A stretch of 64,000 nt of DNA, from positions 57,166,001 through 57,230,000 of the forward strand of contig NC_058368.1 in NCBI RefSeq assembly GCF_018350175.1, read 5' to 3'. This document shows, piece after piece, positions 24,986 through 37,136 of the stretch. Source of the stretch: Felis catus (taxonomy: Eukaryota). The stretch's first letter is position 1. Each line of letters begins with the position of its first letter. The translations under genes were made by a program, and so were the position numbers. The notes under the pieces were generated by a model. The model was not told the origin of the DNA. It made no database searches and saw only the letters and a program-made list of their open reading frames with translations.

Positions 24986-25210
24986 GGGGTGCCTGGGTGG
25001 CTCAGTTGGTTAAGCGTCTGACTTCAGGTCAGGTCATGATCTCATGGTCGGTGAGTTTGAGCCCCTTGTCGGGCTCTGTGCTGACAGCTCAGAGACTGGA
25101 GCCTGCTTCAGATTCTGTGTCTTCCTCTCTCTCTGCCCCTCCCCTGCTCATGTTCTGTCTCTCTGTCTCAAACATAAATAAAAACATTAAAAAAAATTAA
25201 AAAAAAAAAC
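24986..25210 (+). mobile_element. Can-SINE
   Basis: full length; perfect TSD AAACTAGTAAGTGTT. Confidence 0.96.
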
Positions 25211-25533
25211 AAACTAGTAAGTGTTGTACCAAATTCATGGCTAAAGTTTTGGAATGTAAGTTAGGAGATTTCTATGTATGTCTATGTTTATGTATGCCTA
25301 TGTATGTCTATCATATAGTATTTTCCTCCAGAACATATTGCCAAAATTAATTTGTAAAGAGTTCTATTTAACCGGTTTAAAATTAAGGGCTTATACTGTG
25401 GTATTCCCAAAGTTCTGAGAAATGTAACAAAAAGTAGCCCAAATGTATTTCAGGTTCACATGATCTGAAAAAAAATATTCAATATTAAAGCTAGTTTACA
25501 TTCATTAGTTTAATTAAAATAGGTACGACTTTA

Positions 25534-25774
25534 GGGGTGTCTGGGTGGCTCAGTGTAGTAAGAATCCTTGACTTCAGCTCAGGTCATGATCTCAGGGTGG
25601 TGAGCTAAGGCCCCATGTTGGACTCTGCCCCAGGCCTGGAATCTACTTAAGAGTCTCTCTGCTTCTCCTCTGGGCTCCTCCCCCATGTTATCTGTGCCCA
25701 CCTGCCAGGGCACACCTCTCTCTCTCTCTCAAAACAAAAACAAAACAAACAAACAAAAACCCTACAAAACACAA
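25534..25774 (+). mobile_element. Older Can-SINE
   Basis: diverged body, (CAAA)n tail; degenerate TSD AGGTACGACTTTA/AGGTGTGACTTTA. Confidence 0.9.
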
Positions 25775-26369
25775 AGGTGTGACTTTAGAGTGACTTTAGA
25801 ATTATCAACATTGAATATAAGGCAGACATACAAATTTTGTTTTGTCTGGGTTTACTAGTCAAATGACTTTATATTATATCTCTTACAAAAATTTATCTGC
25901 AAGAAAAATAGCTTGGGATGATGGCTGACTTTGTCTAATGTCTCGTGAAGTTTTTGTGAGTAATCTAAACATAATTGTTAGAATCAAGTGATTTATGTGG
26001 ATGTAAATAGAATAAAAAGTTTTTAGGTGAACTTTTTCAAATAGTACCCCAAATCCTTTTGGTAGCCTGAAACCTTAAAGTCTTGCTAAGTTAAGCTAAA
26101 TGATAAGCTTGTTGATTATCTAGATCATTTCCAAATAAGATAAAAAACTGAAACATTAGTTATCAAACATAAGCATATCTAGTTTTGGCTTTCTTTTACA
26201 GAGGAACTAAAAGATATCTGGGCCTATTAGTAAACGTGTACACCACATTGAAAAAAAAAAACCTATGCTATTAGGAAACACATATGTCTAGAAAATATGA
26301 AATATATTTATAAATGTGGCAGGTGTGAAGAATGTTGGTGTAACAGACGGTGTATAATTGCTTACTTTT

Positions 26370-26373
26370 TTTG

Positions 26374-26412
<39 letters not shown>

Positions 26413-26595
26413 TTTTGAAAGAGAAAGAGAGAGAGAGGGAGAGAGAGAGAGAGCATGCTCAGGGGAGAGGCAGACAGAAAGGAGGAGAGAGAGAATCCCA
26501 AGGCAGAGCTCGAGCCCATGATCCTGAGTGAGATCATGACCTGAGCTGAAAGCAAGAGTCAGATGCTTAACTGACTGAGCCACCCCAGGTGCCCC
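26370..26595 (-). mobile_element. Can-SINE with internal deletion
   Basis: (TTTA)n tail, (GA)n tract, CAGGTGCCCC head; GCTTACTT on both flanks. Confidence 0.9.
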
Positions 26596-26882
26596 TAAGA
26601 TGGCTTACTTCTTAAAGTTTCTAAAGATTGAGACTTCTAATTAGCAAATGTAGTTAAAACTACAGCAAATGATAAGGGGAAAAAAATCCACATGTAAGGA
26701 AAGTTACATGTGTTTTTGGTAGGAAGAAGTATCAGTTACAGAAACTGTTTGTTGAGGGAAAGAAAATAATTTTGTCCTAAAAACATGCTAATTATTTTAA
26801 AGTGAGAAAGAGAAAAAAACATAGGACAAAATCTGAATGTGAAAAAGAAAGTTATAGAAGATTTATGAAAAAGGAATCTTTA

Positions 26883-27251
26883 TGTATTTATATTTATTAT
26901 GAAATTTATTGTCAAATTGGTTTCCATACAACACCCAGTGCTCATTCCAACAGGTGCCCTCCTCAATACCCATCACCCACCCTCCCCTCCCTCCCACCCC
27001 CTATTAACCCTCAGTTTGTTCTCAGTTTTTAAGAGTCTCTTATGGTTTGGCTCCCTCCCTCTCTAACTTTTTTTTTTTCCTTCCCCTCCCCCATGGTCTT
27101 CTGTTAAGTTTCTCAGGATCCACATATGAGTGAAAACATATAGTACCTGTCTTTCTCTGTATGACTTATTTCACTTAGCATAACACTCTACAGTTCCATC
27201 CATGTTGCTACAAAAGGCCATATTTCATTCTTTCTCATTGCCACGTAGTAT
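26883..27251 (-). mobile_element. 5'-truncated cat-type L1 (L1_Fc-like 3' end)
   Basis: GAAATTTATTGTCAAATTGGTTTCCATACAACACCCAGTGCTC; TSD TGAAAA(A/G)GGAATCTTTA at 26866-26882 and 27252-27268. Confidence 0.92.
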
Positions 27252-29597
27252 TGAAAAGGGAATCTTTAGAAAGGAATATTAATGTGTGGTCAAGCTGGCT
27301 AAGATTAGAAAAAAAATTAATTAAGTTACATGAATTTTAATATCAAAAGTACATTGGAACAAAATCAAAATTTTTTTTTTACTCTCTGTTAAAAGCACAA
27401 AGTTTTCTTTGACTATTGCTCTGCTTTTTATTAAAAAATATAAAAGGTTTTTCTTTATATTTTAAAGTAATCTGCCTAAAAGAACAAGATTTTGTGTTTT
27501 GTCAAAATGACTTCCTGTGTTTTTGTCAGGTCTTTGATTATTTAAGTAAGCTATCTTTATTAAAAGAGTTAAAGTTGTTTTTTAGTTTGTTTTTTATAAC
27601 TATTTAACATTTCGTATTTGCCTTCAAAGTCTTTAATTGTCACTAAGGTTAAATGGATAACTTTCACAAAGACCTATGATCCAATTTGACCAAGTGTTCT
27701 CTTTCTTCATGTTGAATTGTGTAGGCATATATTATAAGGGTTGTACAAATTATATGAAATTTCTAAAAATCCTAATATGTCTTGGTATAATATTATCAAT
27801 CATAATTTCAGTTATCATCTTAAAAATGTTATATGTTTTAGAAATAAGCAAATTTTCTTATCAGTTGCATTGTAGTACTCTCATCAGAACTTTAACCATG
27901 GCCATTTGAAGTCTTGTCATTTACAGATGTTTATTGTTTTATCCTGATGTTTTTGCAAAAGCATTTGCATCTTCAAGAAGTGATTTATCTTTGAGGAGAC
28001 TCATGGAAAGTACTCTAGAAAACAGGTTTCTGGTAACTTTAAGATAATAAAACTGAACTGGGTAAGAATTTCCAGAACTAACGAGAAAACTGGATTCAAG
28101 CAGAACAAGTATTAATTACATGGGACTACATGAACTGAGGAGGACGATTACAATTTTTTTTTTTTTTATGATCTTGCCTGTTCTTTAATGTTTTGTTTTT
28201 CCAGATTTAATGAGATTTTTTTTCTTTCTTCTCTTACTATGGCTTACAACAAATTGGTAAAATATATCTTTGTAAACGAAGATGAAACACTTATTTTTCT
28301 CTCTACCTGATCCCTCTGGAATTTGAAAACTCTTGAGTATTCTTTTTATGGCAATGTAGTTCAATATAGTTTGCAAAAGTTCAATGAGACTCAGTTCTCT
28401 TTATAAAAGGACACAATTAGAAACATTGGTTACATTACTAAGTCGTTGACTGAAATGTTTGAGAAACATACACATACTCAGATATAACCAGACAGTTTTA
28501 AGGAACCAAGTTTGACTTTAGGAGCTAATAAAACCCCTTAGAAATATTGTGCTGGTCCCTCGCTTACAGGGTTCCCAACAGACTTACTTACCAAGTGGGT
28601 AAGAAAGGTCACTTCCTAGCAGGGACAGAAAACTCGGGATATTTGGGGGACTTCAAGAAAAGAGGAATTCACCCAAATCTATGGATATTGCAGGCAGAGT
28701 CTAATGGGGAAGCTTCTAAAAGTCCAATCTGAGATTCTTTATGGAAAGTTCCAGCAAAGTAGATTAAAAGATACATAGTCAATTGATATTGCTTCTGCAC
28801 TTATGTAAACAAACCAAATGTATTAAAACTAGACTTAATTTGCAAACATCTCAGTCTTACCGTGGTTATCTTTGATAAACATGCAGGCGATGATTAGAAA
28901 AATTATGTTTCAGTGATACACCTTTGTAGATATCAGATTCTAGTATTGTTAATTGTCTTTCAGGTCCTATCTCTAAATTGGACTGGATCCTGAATTCTTC
29001 TAGCTTCCTCTGATATTTGGCCACAAATTTCCAAACTAACATTTCCAATTTTTTCCCCACCCTTCTGACTTGGAGTCACTGAGAACTAATGCAGCTCTTT
29101 TTCCAAAACCATGCAAGCTAAAGTTGGACAACTTGATAAAAAATTTCAGAGGAATCACCACAATGCTCCATATATGGGAAATCCTTATGCCTGTTGCTAT
29201 ATGAACTCCTCAAAAAGATTATCAGAGAAACTCAAACTACAAATCAGGGAAATCTATCAGATGGCCACTGCCTGTCCTCACTCTAAAAAGCCTACGAGCT
29301 GGACCTTGACCGGCTGCCTTCATAACTCAGAAATGTAGATTACAGCCTGCTCCATTTATTACCCATTATTTTTCTTTTGTTTCCATAGAAATACTTCTTA
29401 TTAAATACCTGATTGCTTGCACCATAGGCCCAACTTTGGGAGCTCACCTGCATCAATGCCTCCTGAAATGAGACACAACTATCCAACTAGAGGACTGATA
29501 TATTCTTAGGGCTAAGGGCGGAGAGATTATTTCAGTGAGATAAAGCAATCTACCACCAACTCAACTTCTGGACTGTGAAATTTCTTAAGAAAGTTTC

Positions 29598-29608
29598 AAA
29601 GGTGGGAC
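29598..29608 (+). other. Polypurine tract (degenerate)
   Basis: AAAGGTGGGAC immediately before the TG of the 3' LTR. Confidence 0.7.
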
Positions 29609-30142
29609 TGAGGGGGAGCAAAATATGTGACCCCAAAATATGCCACTTTGGCAAATAGATTGTTTTGAACTAAAAGCAATCAAGACCAGACCCCACCCCC
29701 CCCCCCCGCAAAAACAAACAAACAAAAAAACAACAAAAAACAAACAAACAAAAAAAAAACCCTTACACTTCTCCCTTAACTGCCTAAAAGAATTTAGATG
29801 GGGGCTTGGCCCAGAAAGAGAGCTATTAACCAGAGATAACTTTTTATCTGAAATTCCTATCTCTATGTCAGGGCAAACACCTAATTACAAGACACCTGCT
29901 TTTTAGTGTCCTGTGAATTATCCTCCATCCCTTTGAAGCCTGAGGCCCCTATCTCATTTCTTAGCTCAGGATGATATACAAGCCTGACTGACTTTTCCTT
30001 GGGTCCCATATTTTTTATGGGGCCCCTGTATATATGTGATTAAATGATGTTTCTCTCCCATTAATCTGTCTTATATCAATTTAATTAACATACCAGCCAA
30101 AATAACCTATAAGGATAGCTAAAACATTTTTCTTCTCCTATA
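29609..30142 (+). mobile_element. 3' LTR (MER34-like)
   Basis: colinear with 20439-20922 (13 mismatches in the last ~82 nt by hand count), plus a C-run/(CAAA)n insert. Confidence 0.9.
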
Positions 30143-30763
30143 ATCCCAACAAGCAAGGATCCTAGGTGCCTGTGTTGAAATTGTCCAGTTTACTAAACTA
30201 ATTGGGTTCAGAGACTGAAATCCCTAGGATTATGGTGGTGCAATTAATGAGTCATTCTCCAGATAGAATAAAAACTGGCACTTAATACAAACAGAGCTTC
30301 AAAATTACCCCCCTGGGCAATGTTAAAGTATGTCTATTCTCTTTATTCAGCCTCTCAGAAAACTGAGTCGCAGAAAGACTTAGTCATAGCTAACTTCTTA
30401 ATACTGACCTTTTTTTAAAGGAACTTTTTCCCTTCCTAAAATTTTCTCTTTCTTTTCATGTATTTTGGAAAGCATAAGCACCTAACTAAAAGTTTTGTGT
30501 TGGGGGCGGGGGGGGGGGGGGAGTGGGGAGGTATGCCTTTTATGAGTAAGCTAGGGGTAGAGACTTAAATTCTTTTCTCAGTTTTATCCTTGAATTCTTT
30601 CATGATTACACAATATGTAAATCATAGTTATCCAAAATTCTTTATTACTCTGCACCAACAAACTGTGTATGTACCTTAGCAATATGTGATAATTCAAATC
30701 TTTCTACTGGCTTAAGTTTTATAAAGTTCCTTTCTTTTTTTAAATTTTCTCTTATACTTTAAA

Positions 30764-30978
30764 AAATGTTTACTTATTTTGAGAAAGATAAAGAGAGAGC
30801 AGGGGAAGGGCAGAAAGAGAGAGAGAGAGAGAGAGAAAGAGACTGAGAGAATCCCAAGAAGGCTCCACACTGTCAGTGCAGAGCCTGACATAGTCTCCAT
30901 CTCATGAATGATGAGATCACGACCTGAGCTGAAATCAAGAGCCAGATGCTTAACCGACTGAGCCACCCAGGTGCCCCC
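30764..30978 (-). mobile_element. Can-SINE
   Basis: full body, very short tail; 22-bp direct repeat AAATTTTCTCTTATACTTTAAA at 30742-30763 and 30979-31000. Confidence 0.95.
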
Positions 30979-31172
30979 AAATTTTCTCTTATACTTTAAA
31001 GTCTTTCCTATTTCTGTAAAGTTCTTCCACATCCAGTATTTATACTTACCACTAGCTCCATAATATTTGGCAATCTAATGATTTTCTTTACTATAGGGTT
31101 TTCTAAAGCCCTAATATCATATTAACAATATAGTAGGCATTTGAAATACCACTTTCTCTCTCTCTCTCTCTC

Positions 31173-31255
31173 TTTTAATTTTAGAGAGAGAAAGAGTGTG
31201 TGAGTGGGGGAGGGGGAAGAGGGAGAGGGATTTAATCTTAAGTAGGCTCCACACA
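31173..31255 (-). mobile_element. 5'-truncated Can-SINE fragment
   Basis: TTTTAGAGAGAGAAAGAGTGTG...AATCTTAAGTAGGCTCCACAC. Confidence 0.75.
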
Positions 31256-32029
31256 CATGCATCACACACAAGCATCACAGACCTTCCGAAAGCACAGGAC
31301 TAAAGTGTTACCAGTGGAGAGATCTAAGCATGAAGATCTTAGAGTTGTCTAATACCATCTTTATCTGTTTATATGTTTCCAAATTTTCTAAGGGCATACA
31401 TTATGCTAATAAGTAAAAACAAAATCTATCTTTAGAAACAAAAACAATCTTTTTGTAAAGAATAAAAATCTATTAGTAAGGCCTTCTCAATATGTGCACT
31501 CATGCAGGAGATCGTATTTTTTTAAATGTCTGTTTGCACAAGTAAGTAAATACCACAGCGATAAACTCTAGTCTCTCCTATTCTACAGTAACTCCCTGGG
31601 AATGAACTGAACAACAAGGAAGATTCCTGAACTCTTATAAAGCATCAAGTGTCATTTAGTGCATCATCGAAGTGCTGAATGAATCCCAGAGGCCCTAGAT
31701 CAATGTGGCGTGCAAGCCATCAACTCCACAAGTATCTAAGAGGTAGCATCCCTGTGCACAAACACACTGAGGAAACTTCTCTGACAGCAGTTGATTAGGC
31801 TACATATGTGGCTGAGGGGCATGTCTCCTGACTTCAACAGTAAAAATAAAGAGGGGACAAAGAAAGTTACTTCTCTTTCATATTCAGTTGGTAAAAATAG
31901 TCTGGACCACTTTACTCCTAATATATTACTTCAGTATACACTCACCCCCCGCCGCCCTTTCTTTTTTTAATAGGTATTGATCTTAAAATTGTCAAACCTC
32001 AGACTTTCAAGATATTTTACAATTAAACT

Positions 32030-32202
32030 TCTGGGTCTCACATTTTAGAGCCATAAGAATCACTTAGAAATACTGTTAGAATAAATTCTCTGGGCTCCCC
32101 TCTGAGAAACTCTGATTTGATGGTGGGAATCTATAGTGTAAATAACATCCCAGGTGTAACTGAAAGTCAAGTGGTCCATGGAGCACATTTTAGGGGCTTG
32201 AA
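32030..32202. mobile_element. MER5-like hAT-Charlie element
   Basis: AGAATCACTT...CTGGGCTCCCCTC...ACTCTGATTT...GTGGTCCATGGAGCACATTTTAG. Confidence 0.6.
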
Positions 32203-32477
32203 CAATGGTTCTCATACCTGTAAAATCCTTTGACAACACGGTTAACAATTGTTGTTTGCAAAGAAGACACAAAAGAATAATCATTAGCAAGTTTAAGTTT
32301 ACATATTCATCTTTAAATTATACACTCCAGGTAACTTCCATGTCCTATTTAATGTCTACATCACTCTGAGAAAATAAGATTGAAAAACAAAACAAAATAA
32401 ACAAGAAACAGAGTCACCCAAGTAGGTAGTTATGGTAAATGCAGCCAGCATTAACAGCTTCAGTAGACCCCCCATCT

Positions 32478-32694
32478 TTTTTTTTTAATTTATTTATTTA
32501 TTTTGAGAAAAAGAGAGAGAGAGACAGAGAGTGCAAGCACATGAGCAGGGGAGGGACAGAGAGAGAGATAATCCCAAGCAGGCTCCAGTGCTGTCAGCAC
32601 AGAGCCTGATGTGGGGCTTGATTTTATGAGATCATGACCTGAGCTGAAATCAAGAGTCTGACGCTTAATTGAATGAGACACCCAGGTCCCCCCC
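32478..32694 (-). mobile_element. Can-SINE
   Basis: T tail, (GA)n tract, GAGATCATGACCTGAGCTGAAATCAAGAG. Confidence 0.93.
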
Positions 32695-33438
32695 AAACCC
32701 CACATCCTTAACATCTAGAAGAATCAAATGATTTCAAAGAGGGAGGCAAGAAGCTCATCTTTTTGTAACTTGTTCTAAAGCAGAGGAAGTTAACCCATTA
32801 GTCACAGTACTGAGGGAGGGCCCACACTATTTTTTCCAGCTCACAAGCTGTTTTAATTTCTAAGAAAATTTGAACTTTTAAGTAGAAAATATTTAATATA
32901 TACCATTAATATACTTGTCTTTTTATCAACACAGACATAATAACATAGCTTCTAACATTTATTTAATGAAGAAGGGAACTACATAGGTAAAAGTGCTTAG
33001 TGCTATGGCTCACCAAAGTCACAAAGCAGCTCTGTTCCAAAGTTGTCCATTGTAACTGTCCTGAGTTTTAAACTGATCTAGGCTGGTCTGCAGATGGTTC
33101 TCTTCTTTTCTTCTCTACCTTACACAGTGTGAGATAAGTGTGAAGTGAGTTTGCCTATCTCACTAAATTCTTTTTCAGACTTAGCAGGAGAAAAGGTATG
33201 GGTTCCTCGAAAAGCACCACATCCCAAAAATGTCTTTAGGAAATGCTTGTTGATTGACGGACATCAGGAAAAGCTGCTGAAGAATGCAAAGCCATATAGA
33301 TGCTGCTTGGGAAATGCACATTCAGATGGTGACGTGCAATCAAGAAAGTTATGATTTTTCTCTTATGGATGATGAATTCTTTATGTTCTTAATATTTTTA
33401 GAAATTCTGCTTGACAAATTCTATTAAAGACAACTTTA

Positions 33439-33639
33439 GGGGTGCCTGAATGGCTCAGTCGGTTGAGCTTCAGACTTTGGCTCAGGTCATGATCTCGTGG
33501 TTCATGAGTTTGAGCTCCACGTCAGGCTCTGTTGCTGACAGCTCAGAGCCTGAAGCTTGCCTTGGATTCTGTGTCTCCCTCTCTCTCTCTGCCCCTCCCA
33601 CACTCACGCTCTGTCTCTCAAACAAACAAACAAACAAAA
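33439..33639 (+). mobile_element. Can-SINE
   Basis: full length; perfect TSD AAAGACAACTTTA. Confidence 0.95.
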
Positions 33640-34269
33640 AAAGACAACTTTAAATAAAATACCAACATTTTCTGAGATACATTTTGTTAGTCTAACTTCT
33701 TTGCCCAAAAAACGAAAGAGGTGTTCATGGAAAGTTTACTTGTTTCCCCAAAGAAGCCTTGAATTCAAGTTTTTCTCATTCTGAACAGGCTATATCATTT
33801 TTTTAATTTATACGCCTTATGGCCCATGCATCCTACTTCTTAAAGCTAGGTCAAAAGACTTCGTGAAAACAGCTGAAACTCTGAATTACAGAAAGATATT
33901 CACCAAGAAGAAATACTTAAGTACAGATAGTCATAAGCAACTAGAAATGCAATAAAAGTGATTTGCCTAAATTAATGTAAGTGGCAGTGATTAAATAAAT
34001 CATGCATTTGCATATTTATGCTTTTTCCATTCCGCATATTTGCATTGTTGTCTAGAAGGAATTTAGGATGATGACAAAATAGATGTTTGTTACCCTGGGG
34101 TCCTAAGTAAATTGGTTTGGGGTCTGAAGCAACTGGAGTATACTGCTGCTAGAATTTCTCTCTTGGTTTATTTTTATCTTCTATGAGAATTAAGGCAGCC
34201 TTAAGCTAGCAATGGCAGGGGAAAAAGAAGTCAATATATCCACTAGGCTGTTCATTATACAGTAATAAT

Positions 34270-34600
34270 AAATTATCATTTTAAAAATTGCATAATTATT
34301 AACAAATAATATAATTATTATATCCTAAACAAAATATAGTGGAAAATAGGCAAAGGAAAAATATATTTGGGCTTCTATATGTAGTATGATTACAATCCAT
34401 TTTTATTTTATTTTATTTTTAAAATTTTAATATTTGTTAATTTTTATTATTTTTTACAACCCAGTTTTTAAAATGCAAATTGCTATACAAAATTTTTTAG
34501 AAAATTTAGAAAGGAACTCTAGGTAAATATTTTAAACAATTTTATTCCTTTTTAATTTTAAACCTTTTCAAAATTCATACATAATGGAATTTTAAATGTA
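34270..34600 (+). mobile_element. Old L1ME-like 3' fragment
   Basis: TATATGTAGTATGATTACAAT...TAGAAAGGAACT pattern; heavily decayed. Confidence 0.35.
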
Positions 34601-34782
34601 GAAAATACAACCAATATCAAAATAATGATGTGAGCATTAACTGAGGAGAGTAAAATAAAAATGTACAATAGAAGATTCTATTTTAAGTGAGAAATAAATA
34701 ATAATGTAAACTATTGAAATTGCTTTAAAATTTGTCAGTGGGGGTCTAAAAGCCATACTTAATTAAGAATTAGTGTATGACA

Positions 34783-34949
34783 GGGGTGCCTGGGTGGCTC
34801 AGTAAGGTAAGCATCTGATTTCGGCTCAGGTCATGATCTCCTGGTTCATGAGTTTGAGCCCTGCATTAGGCTCTGTGCTGATAGCCCAGAGCCTGGAACC
34901 TGCTTCAGATTCTGTGTTTCCCTCTCTCTTTGCCTCTCCCCTGCTTGTG

Positions 34950-34981
<32 letters not shown>

Positions 34982-35008
34982 AACATACATGAAAAAAATT
35001 AAATAAAA
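34783..35008 (+). mobile_element. Can-SINE
   Basis: full length; AAGAATTAGTG on both flanks. Confidence 0.95.
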
Positions 35009-35631
35009 AAGAATTAGTGAAATTAAAATTGGTCATTCCCAATGTGCAGTCCTGTCTCTTTGCTTATTTTTAATACTCTGACTTTCTTTTGTGCGTGCTT
35101 TTACAGTGCACGTTGTTTGATGGTATGCCATCATTTGAAACATTGATCTACCCCCAAATGTCTATGAATCAATCATAAGAATTTTTAAAGATATTAGTGT
35201 CTCTGCTTTCCTTTGAATAAAGAGTGCACACCTCTTCATCTGAGGGGAAACGCTTGTCTATTATAGAAGTCTGAGAACTGAACGGAAGAGAAGATTACAT
35301 AGCTACTGTTTAAGAAAAGTTGTGGTTTTAATGCATTCCATGATAGTCTCATTTAATCCTCAAATTCTTCTCTACTGCCTCAAATACATAGGCTTGCTCC
35401 TACTCAATAACCTTACCACCCTGACAGATATTTAATTCATTCCTTGCCAATCCTCTATTCCTGAACACCTATCAACCATACATTTTTGTGCTTTCAAATG
35501 GTCAAGCTCAGTGGACCGCCACCACTATGAATGTGTGTTAAAGACTTACTTGGTTCTTCATGGGGCCTTTCTGGAACTTGCAATATCCTTGTCAATCACT
35601 CATCTAGTAGTAATTGGTAATCATATCCACT

Positions 35632-35829
35632 TTCTTTTTTGTTTTTTCTAAATGTTTATTCATTTTTGAGAAAGAAAGCATGAATGGGGAAGGGCGGGGG
35701 GTGGGTACAGAGGATGCAAACCGCTGCACTAACAGCAGTGAGTGCCACATGGGGCTCAAATTCACAAACTGAGATGTCATGACCTGAGCTGAAGTTAAAT
35801 GCTCAACCAACTGAGCCACCCAGGTGCCC
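35632..35829 (-). mobile_element. Can-SINE
   Basis: AATGTTTATTCATTTTTGAGA tail end; CTGAGCCACCCAGGTGCCC head. Confidence 0.92.
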
Positions 35830-36260
35830 TTCGTACCCAGTTTCGTCAAGCTCCCAAGCTTCTCCTGGCCACATATTCTCTGCAGACAATGTTCGGTTAT
35901 GGAGATATTCAAAGATTCAAAGATAATTTTTTTCTTTTATATTTGGGTCCCTTCCTACATATAATGTTTATAGTTTACCTTTCTTTTGCCTTACTTTCTC
36001 CCTTCTTTACTTCCTTCCTGCCTCTAAGGAAATCCTGTTTGGGAAATCCTTTGATTTTTAAATTTTAAATTTGTTCCTATAGAACTATTAATTACCCTTG
36101 TTGCTGTCTATGTCCTTCTTGATAATTCTATAAATGTGTTTATGCTTGACAGTTCTTACTCATTCTTTTAAATTTGTTCTTCCTTATCTTTGAGCATACC
36201 TCAAAGATTTACGTGAGGTTGCTAACTTCCTTCTTTGCTTGCATGAAAGAACAGTCTATT

Positions 36261-36385
36261 GGGCTCCTGGGTGGCTCAGTTGATTAAGCATCCAGATCTT
36301 GATTTTGGCTCAGGTCATACTATCACCATTTGTGAGATCAAGGCCCAAGTTGGACTCTGTGCTGCCAGTGTGGAGCCTGCATGGG

Positions 36386-36429
<44 letters not shown>

Positions 36430-36495
36430 CCACCCTGGCTCTCACACATATGTGTGCTCTCTCTCAAAATAAATAAATAAACACTTAAAAAAAAA
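36261..36495 (+). mobile_element. Can-SINE
   Basis: long (CT)n tract; GAAAGAACAGT on both flanks. Confidence 0.94.
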
Positions 36496-36836
36496 GAAAG
36501 AACAGTGTACTGTGTATGTCAAATTCATTATATTTACAATTATATTCAAATTATATTCATCATGGCTCTTCACTATTCACCCCATAGCCAGCAAATATTT
36601 CTAATATTCTCTGTTTTCATTGATACCCCTCCTTAGATTCAAGTCCCCAGGGTCATTTCTGATTTCTCCTTCTTCTTCCCCATCAATATATGTATAAATT
36701 TTCCAAATCCAGCAGATTCTACACCTATAATATCTCTCCCCCATGTTCATTTTTTTAGTATCTTAAAATCAGCATTAATATTCTTGTGAAATATTAGCAT
36801 AACCTAACTGGTATCTCTTCTTCCATATCCACATTT

Positions 36837-37059
36837 CTTTTTTTTAATTTTTTTTAATGTTTATTTATTTTAGAGAGAGAGAATGTGCAGAGTGTGAGTG
36901 GGGGAGGAGCAGAGAGAGAGGGATACTCAGAATCAGAAGCAGGCTCCAGGACTCGAACTTTCAGTACAGAGACCTAAGTGGGGCTCCAACTCAAGAACCA
37001 TGAGATCATGACCTGAGCCGAAGCTGAGCTCTTAACTGACTGAATCACCCAAGCACCCC
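36837..37059 (-). mobile_element. Can-SINE
   Basis: full-length antisense copy; CATTTC on both flanks. Confidence 0.94.
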
Positions 37060-37136
37060 AGCATTTCCTCATTTCTGATCTACTATATATACTACTAGAA
37101 AAAAATATATAATTTTAATTAATTCAAAAGACTGCA

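Larger units (their letters stand above)
20439..30142 (+). mobile_element. Two-LTR MER34-like ERV1 provirus, decayed and probably non-autonomous
   Basis: paired LTRs, PBS after the 5' LTR, PPT before the 3' LTR, 4-bp TSD GTCC/ATCC (3 of 4 match), gag remnant. Confidence 0.9.

Noticed and set aside
28900..29600. env remnant before the 3' LTR
   Set aside because: I could not find a furin site, immunosuppressive domain or CX6CC motif in the frames I could read; needs a translated HMM search
20923..29608. Provirus interior as a SINE insertion sink
   Set aside because: Five SINEs in ~8.7 kb is close to the window average of about one per 2 kb, so no enrichment can be claimed
30502..30531. G-run with G-quadruplex potential (also 38380-38432)
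   Set aside because: Homopolymer expansions without promoter or CpG-island context; run length is unreliable in assemblies
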